Shown: piece by piece, positions 58,522 to 64,000 of the stretch
How positions within the stretch are numbered: the first letter of the stretch is position 1
Layout: every line of letters starts with the position of its first letter
Assembly: GCA_944349415.1 (NCBI GenBank)
Contig: CALVMX010000002.1
Coordinates: 946 to 64,945, forward strand
From: an uncultured Clostridia bacterium
GTDB lineage: Bacteria > Bacillota > Clostridia > Christensenellales > UBA1242
Direction of reading: 5' to 3'
DNA: 64,000 bases
The notes under the pieces: generated by a model
Seen by the model: only the letters and a program-made list of their open reading frames with translations
Told to the model about the DNA's origin: nothing
Databases searched by the model: none
Program-made: the position numbers and the translations under genes

Positions 58522-58728
58522 CTATAAATCTTTTAAGCCTAACAGCATGTCAGTTGATACTTCAAAAGAGTTTGCCAGTTCAATTAAAATAGAAAAATTA
58601 GGCTCTCTATCTCCACTTTCCCATTTTGCAACAGTTGATTGTGTCACATTAAAAATTTGGGCGAGTTCTTGTTGTGATAATCCTTTTTCCATTCTCAATT
58701 CTTTAAGATTTTTTGAAAAATTACTCAT
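58522..58728 (-). CDS. XRE-family HTH transcriptional regulator (68 aa)
   Basis: NLKELRMEKGLSQQELAQIFNVTQSTVAKWESGDREPNFSILIELANSFEVSTDMLLG. Confidence 0.85.
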   Translation of the reverse strand: MSNFSKNLKELRMEKGLSQQELAQIFNVTQSTVAKWESGDREPNFSILIELANSFEVSTDMLLGLKDL

Positions 58729-58828
58729 TTTTCCGCCTTTTTTATTAAAATTTTTAATTTTTTTGATATTTTTAGCCTTTTTATTAATTTATTGTTTTTA
58801 TTACAAAAATAAAAGGTGTCAGCGACAC

Positions 58829-60226
58829 CTATTTTAATCGTGAAATTATATCTCTTGCAGCAATAAGACCAGTTGCTGCTGCGACAACAATATTGCCGGC
58901 TTTACCTGCACCGTCACCGATGAAGTAAAGTGGTTTTCCTTCGGCTTTAAACTTGTTGTCCGTTTCAATTTCGTTTGAGAAGAATTTGATTTCTGGTCCA
59001 TACAAGAGAGTTTCGTCATTGTTGACACCAGGAATTATTTTATCAAGCTCTTCCAAACCTTCCAAAATGTTAGTAATAATTCTATATGGCATAACAAGAG
59101 CAAGGTCGCCAGCCACGCAGTCCTTGAGCGTTGGTTCTATGAAACCTTTATTAATTCTATGCCACTCACTACGTCTGCCTTGTTTCAAATCTTTAAGAGT
59201 TTGAATAATAGGTTTATTATCGCCAAGCACGTTCGCAATGCGGGCGATGGATTCGCCGTATAGACGGGTATTGGTTGCAGGTTGTGTTAGGGTTACTTTT
59301 GAAATAAAGGCAAAGTTAGAATTATTGGACTTAATATTTTTAAGAGCGTGACCATTGACGCAGATATATCCATAATAATTTTCCTTTGCGACAAATCCGC
59401 CTGGGTTAGTGCAAAAAGTTCTTATTTCATCGCCATAAGTTTTGGTTTTAATGAAAATAGTTGGGTCATAGATTACGTCAGTAATTTTTTGCAAAATTTC
59501 CTTTCGAACTTCCACACGAACACCAATTTCGATACTTTGTGAATTGTATGGAATGTTGTGTCTGTCGAGTAAATCTTGCACCCACTCGGCACCACTTCGT
59601 CCAGGTGCGACAACCACATATTTTGCCTTCATATTTAAAGTTTTTCCGTCTTTCTTAAAAGTCACAATGTTTAAATCGTTTTTATCTTGCTCAATATCTA
59701 AAACATTGCCACTTTCAATAATTTCCACCCCTTCATTTTCGAGGTAGTTTGTAAATCTTTCAATATGGTCAGGTAAAGTGTCAGAGCCAAGGTGTTTTTG
59801 TTTGATAAGAAGAAGTCTGGCACCTTTCAAGGTCACTTCTCTTTTAATTTCTTCACTTTTTTCATTACTTTTTGGATAGACTTCAGCGTCCATACCAAAT
59901 TTATTGAAGATTTCTTCGGTGTCGTCAATAATTTTGTAGGCTTCGCTTTCACTCATATATTTGAAAAGGTCGCTTTTCCCAAGTTTTGGAATAAAGTTGA
60001 GTTTTCCGTCACTGAATGTTCCAGCACCACCAAATCCCGATAAAATTTGACAAGGATTACAGTTTGTGCAAGCATGACCTTGCTTCATCGGACAAACTCT
60101 CTTTTTTGCTTTTTTGCCTTGGTCAATTAAGCAAACCTTTAAATTTTTATTCTTTTCTTTCAGTTCATACGCAGCAAATAATCCAGCAGGACCACCGCCG
60201 ACGATGACAACGTCAAAGTTTTCCAT
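58829..60226 (-). CDS. FAD-dependent oxidoreductase (uncharacterised dehydrogenase family)
   Basis: FDVVIVGGGPAGLFAA dinucleotide-binding motif. The start was moved to the ATG at 60226, which follows GGAGGA. Confidence 0.75.
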   Translation of the reverse strand: MENFDVVIVGGGPAGLFAAYELKEKNKNLKVCLIDQGKKAKKRVCPMKQGHACTNCNPCQILSGFGGAGTFSDGKLNFIPKLGKSDLFKYMSESEAYKIIDDTEEIFNKFGMDAEVYPKSNEKSEEIKREVTLKGARLLLIKQKHLGSDTLPDHIERFTNYLENEGVEIIESGNVLDIEQDKNDLNIVTFKKDGKTLNMKAKYVVVAPGRSGAEWVQDLLDRHNIPYNSQSIEIGVRVEVRKEILQKITDVIYDPTIFIKTKTYGDEIRTFCTNPGGFVAKENYYGYICVNGHALKNIKSNNSNFAFISKVTLTQPATNTRLYGESIARIANVLGDNKPIIQTLKDLKQGRRSEWHRINKGFIEPTLKDCVAGDLALVMPYRIITNILEGLEELDKIIPGVNNDETLLYGPEIKFFSNEIETDNKFKAEGKPLYFIGDGAGKAGNIVVAAATGLIAARDIISRLK

Positions 60227-60457
60227 ATTTCCTCCAAACATATTCATTATATCATATATTTTCTAATTTTGAAACCTTTAACAAAAATTATTTTGCAGTT
60301 TTAAATATTTAACTTAGAAAAAGCCGAGCAACAAGAAAAATTGTTGGTCTATTATAGAATTAAGTTTATTCTTAATATTATATTGGTTAAAAGTCAAACA
60401 CTATTTATATTGACATATAAAGGCTTTTATGGTAAACTAATATTATAAAGGAAGGGT

Positions 60458-62026
60458 ATGGAAAATTTTAACGAACAAGAATATTTAAAATATAAAGAAT
60501 ACATGCTCAATAAACTGGGAGAAAGAGACAGTTTAATTAAGCATGTAAAGCTTGGTTATTTTGGAGAACTAAATAAGGACGATGTAATTAGTCCGTTTTT
60601 CCCGCGATTTGTAAAAGAATGGTGTGGAGATATTGAATTAAGAGAGCTGTCAATTTATTTAAACACGACATCAAGACAGTATGATGAACTTTTATATGAT
60701 AGACAAGAACTTGAATCAATTTTAAAAAATCGTGAGGCCTTAAAGCAAATTTTCCCTCAAATTGCAGAAAAAGTGGAGATTTTTTGTGTTGAAAAGAATA
60801 TTTATTCTTCAAATTCAACAACAAAGGGAATAAGAAAAGATGTCAAAGTTCCAAGTTTTGATAAAGTGGAACATACTTTACCAGAAGTTATCTATGCCAA
60901 TAAAATCATTGAAACCATTTCTGAAAAAATAAATTCCAAAAATCTTTCTCCTTTTGAAAAATTTTATTTATGTTATTTAATTGTCAGTGAAAATGTCGTT
61001 TATTTGAAGGAAAATACTAAACAATACAGTCCACACAGCCTGATATCGACAGTAACTCAAATGCATGGATGTTGCATGGGAAAATCCTTGATGCTTCAAA
61101 AACTTTTACAATTAACAGGAATAAATTCCGCACCTATATGTATTTCAAGTGACAATTTGCAGGCTGAATATGAAAGGAAACATGCCTATTTGAAAGAAAA
61201 TACGAATAAAAATTGGACTAAACCTTTAAAATTGGCATCCTTTGAATTAAGGAAACAGTTTAATAGATTAAAGAAGGCATTTGTATCAAACAAATCAGAA
61301 TTGGATCATATGATGAATTTGGTATATTTAAATGATAAAAAATATGGTATAAATGGCGTTTTTGGTGTTGATGTAACAAACTTTGATGCTTTTATAAAAT
61401 TACAACCTATTCTTGATTATGCGTTCACGTCATCTTCATTTATAGGTGGGACTGAATTTGTTGATAAATTTTTGAAAAAGGTTTATAACCCTGAGGTCGA
61501 GGAGGACAAGAAAGAATATTACGAAAAACTCAAATCAGAACAGGACGTCACAGAAAAGCTTTTTAAGAGTTTTGACCCAATGACTTTTATTATTAATCTT
61601 GAAAAGAAATACGAGATAAAAAATTTTGTCGTGCTTTATGAGTGGGCGAAAAAGAAGTTTGATTATGAAACAATGAGCGAAGATGAGAAGAAAGACTTAA
61701 AAAAGGTTGTTGATAATTTTTCAAGCAACATGGAAGCTTGCAAAAGTTGGTATGATTTAAAAAACTTAACGGAATCAGATTCTGACAATTCAGATATTTC
61801 GAAAAAATTTTACAAATATATGAATGAAGAAGTTGTGGAACAGATAAATTCGATATTTGATCAGGCAAATGCTGTAAATGACTTAAGGTGGGTAAAACAA
61901 GCCGAAGAGCCTAATGAGAATGACATTGATATATGTGAAAATAACGTAATTGATACTTACAACGAAATTGTTAATGATGTGAAAAATATTTTTAAGACAA
62001 ATGACATACCTGTTTTGTGTAATTAA
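60458..62026 (+). CDS. Cytoplasmic transglutaminase-like (Cys-His-Asp papain-fold) domain protein, paralogue 1
   Basis: GCCMGKSLMLQKLLQLTGI (Cys), DHMMNLVYL (His) and GVDVTN (Asp). The promoter TTGACA, 17 nt, TAAACT lies upstream. No signal peptide. Confidence 0.6.
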   Translation: MENFNEQEYLKYKEYMLNKLGERDSLIKHVKLGYFGELNKDDVISPFFPRFVKEWCGDIELRELSIYLNTTSRQYDELLYDRQELESILKNREALKQIFPQIAEKVEIFCVEKNIYSSNSTTKGIRKDVKVPSFDKVEHTLPEVIYANKIIETISEKINSKNLSPFEKFYLCYLIVSENVVYLKENTKQYSPHSLISTVTQMHGCCMGKSLMLQKLLQLTGINSAPICISSDNLQAEYERKHAYLKENTNKNWTKPLKLASFELRKQFNRLKKAFVSNKSELDHMMNLVYLNDKKYGINGVFGVDVTNFDAFIKLQPILDYAFTSSSFIGGTEFVDKFLKKVYNPEVEEDKKEYYEKLKSEQDVTEKLFKSFDPMTFIINLEKKYEIKNFVVLYEWAKKKFDYETMSEDEKKDLKKVVDNFSSNMEACKSWYDLKNLTESDSDNSDISKKFYKYMNEEVVEQINSIFDQANAVNDLRWVKQAEEPNENDIDICENNVIDTYNEIVNDVKNIFKTNDIPVLCN

Positions 62027-62041
62027 AATAAGGAGAGTAAT

Positions 62042-63562
62042 GTGGAATTAGAAGATAAAGGCTATATTGAATATAGCAATAGATTAATAAAAAAATTAGC
62101 TAATGCTGGAGAAGAAAGTTACATCTCTAAAGAGGACTTTCTCAGCCCATATTTTGCTAGATTCATTGAAAACTACAGCAGTTATTGTGAAAAATATGAT
62201 CTTCCAAAAACGAAATTGTTTTTAAATTCTTCTAAATATGATGATTTGATTTACAGTAAAGAAGAATTGAAAATCTTGGTGCAAAACTATGAAAGTTTAA
62301 AAAAATTGACCAATATTGAGCTTTATCTTCGTGAGGAGAAAATAGATTCAGGGACAGCACTTTTTCATGATAGCGGTATGAATTCTGGTTCAAGAAGAGA
62401 ATGGCATTGGGAAAATCGACCGGAAGTCGTGGAGCATACTCTTCCTGAGGTCATTTTAGCCAACAAACGACTTCAAAATATTGCTGATTTAATAAATGAA
62501 GGTAAGGGGAACAATAAACCGTTTACTCCTTTTGAAAAGTATTGTTTATGTTTTATCTTAGTTCAATATGATGTGATGTATAACAATGATGAAGCGAAGT
62601 TTGATAAAAATTATAACCCAAGAAGTCTTATCTCCACTGTTGCAAATATGGAAGGAGTTTGCATGGGTAAATCGTTGATGCTTCAAAAGCTTTTAAGTAT
62701 GGTGGGAGTTGAAGCGAGATGTATTCCCGTTAGTCTAAAGAAAATGTCGGCAGAACAACAAAACGATTCTCCTGAAACTACTGACCATGTCATCAATATT
62801 GTAGCCTTTAAAGATGAGGAATATGGAATGAACGGACTTTTCGCGTTAGATGTTACGAATGAAAAAATTTTTATTCCAATAAATGAAGTTTTTGAAAAAG
62901 CTTTAGTTCAAACATCCTTTTTATATGCTTTTGAAGATATTTCTTCTTTTTACAACTATGCTTATGAAAACTTTTTACCAGAATACCTAGACTCTCAAGT
63001 AAATGCTCAAAAATATAATGATCAAGAGAGCACAATGAGACAACTTTTTGAAAATTATAATTTTGGTGAGTTTGTGTCTCTATTAGCAAACGGAAGAAAT
63101 TTGAATAAGTCTAACGAAACTATACTAATTGACTGGCTAAATAAAAAATTTAATGAGGAAAACAAAACTTTTGGTTTTTACACTATGGAAGCGGACAACG
63201 AATTTTCAGATTTTATCAAAAAAGCTAAAAGTTGTCATTCTTGGAAAGAATTAAAAGAGTTTGCTTATGCAAGAAAAAATGGGTTCGAAGATGCGGACAT
63301 GACTAGACAGCTTAAACCTTTGGAAGAAGGGCTTGACAGTGATAGAGCCTCTTTGGATCTTGCATATGATTACTTATATAAAGAAGTCAAAAAACATATA
63401 AACACAATTTATGCGCTCAATGATTTGAGGTGGTTGAAAGAAATGGAAAGACCAACTGAAGAAGCTATAGAAAGATGTGGAGAAAATATAGATAACACTT
63501 TGAATCAAATAAGGAATAAATTGAATCAACAAGAGTCTCATAATGATTTAGAACTTGCATAG
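62042..63562 (+). CDS. Transglutaminase-like domain protein, paralogue 2
   Basis: GTG start after AAGGAGAG. It has GVCMGKSLMLQKLLSMVGV, DHVINIVAF and ALDVTN. The N- and C-terminal blocks are shared with paralogue 1 (NDLRW(V/L)K...). Confidence 0.6.
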   Translation: MELEDKGYIEYSNRLIKKLANAGEESYISKEDFLSPYFARFIENYSSYCEKYDLPKTKLFLNSSKYDDLIYSKEELKILVQNYESLKKLTNIELYLREEKIDSGTALFHDSGMNSGSRREWHWENRPEVVEHTLPEVILANKRLQNIADLINEGKGNNKPFTPFEKYCLCFILVQYDVMYNNDEAKFDKNYNPRSLISTVANMEGVCMGKSLMLQKLLSMVGVEARCIPVSLKKMSAEQQNDSPETTDHVINIVAFKDEEYGMNGLFALDVTNEKIFIPINEVFEKALVQTSFLYAFEDISSFYNYAYENFLPEYLDSQVNAQKYNDQESTMRQLFENYNFGEFVSLLANGRNLNKSNETILIDWLNKKFNEENKTFGFYTMEADNEFSDFIKKAKSCHSWKELKEFAYARKNGFEDADMTRQLKPLEEGLDSDRASLDLAYDYLYKEVKKHINTIYALNDLRWLKEMERPTEEAIERCGENIDNTLNQIRNKLNQQESHNDLELA

Positions 63563-63965
63563 ATTTAACACGGTCGTATAATAAAGATATAAATTATATA
63601 TATTGTATTTAATTAATATAATAAAATGTGAAGTGGTAGCCTATTTTAGAAATACCACTTTTTTAAGTCGCCATCAAGTTTAACATATTCTATTATAGGT
63701 AACTATACTTAGATTATTTTATACCTTGACCACATATATATCATTGGAAAACTATTAATGTTTTAACGAATGAAGTGTGAATATTTTGATAAAATTTAGG
63801 AAGTTTTAGGAAAATTTTAAAAATTTTTTTGGTTTAAAGTAACAAAAAATGGCAAAAATTTTGGGCTAATTTTATCGAATTTGCGAACACGCGGAACGGC
63901 GGTGAATTTTTTAAAAAAATTTCTAAAAAAAATTTAAAAAAAATAAAAAAATTTTTAAAAAAGTG

Positions 63966-63995
63966 TTGACATTCTTTTTCCTAGTGTGGTAGAAT
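63966..63995 (+). promoter_or_regulatory. Strong-looking sigma-70 promoter at the window edge, with an A/T-rich UP-like region upstream
   Basis: TTGACA (63966-63971), 18 nt, TGG TAGAAT (-10 at 63990-63995). The downstream gene lies outside the window. Confidence 0.5.
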
Positions 63996-64000
63996 ACGAA

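Overview
AT-rich, standard-genetic-code chromosomal window that looks like a low-GC Bacillota (Clostridia-like) genome. Base composition was judged by eye, not computed. The lineage guess rests on spmA/spmB, a DUF1540 protein, a SpoVB/MurJ-like flippase, and the tatD-rsmA and rpmG-secE-nusG-rplK-rplA gene orders.

The window has three parts.

(1) 1-3300: the 3' portion of a large surface-protein gene with tandem Ig-like repeats.

(2) About 3.9-17.0 kb: a roughly 13-kb integrative island bounded by two halves of a disrupted tRNA-Arg(CCT). Each half ends at the anticodon-loop 8-mer CTCCTAAG. The island carries:
- a tyrosine integrase, an Xis-like HTH protein and a Rep-like initiator with dense iteron arrays;
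- its own intact tRNA-Arg(CCT);
- a stack of defence-type cargo: a Dam-like MTase overlapping a DGQHR(DndB-like)-HEPN protein, an HTH-fused m5C MTase with a putative REase and an ASCH protein, and an ABC/AAA_21-type ATPase next to a DUF3892 protein.

(3) 17-64 kb: mostly housekeeping genes (OYE-type oxidoreductase, spmAB, tatD, rsmA, rplI, dusB, pgk, tpiA, dnaX, ybaB, recR, argS, rpmG, secE, nusG, rplK, rplA). These are interrupted by two convergent giant surface-protein genes with C-terminal TM anchors (1476 and 2790 aa), a Fic protein locus, and two tandem transglutaminase-like paralogues.

Sequence-level oddities:
- a C9 tract inside a promoter spacer;
- an A9 tract at the dnaX stop, with the tau-like C-terminus in the -1 frame;
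- a covarying four-stem intergenic element present twice (after pgk and after nusG);
- an 18/19-bp tandem array beside the island junction;
- a promoter/5'UTR module shared by two unrelated small genes.

No rRNA gene or CRISPR array was seen. All family assignments come from motifs read by eye. No database search was run.
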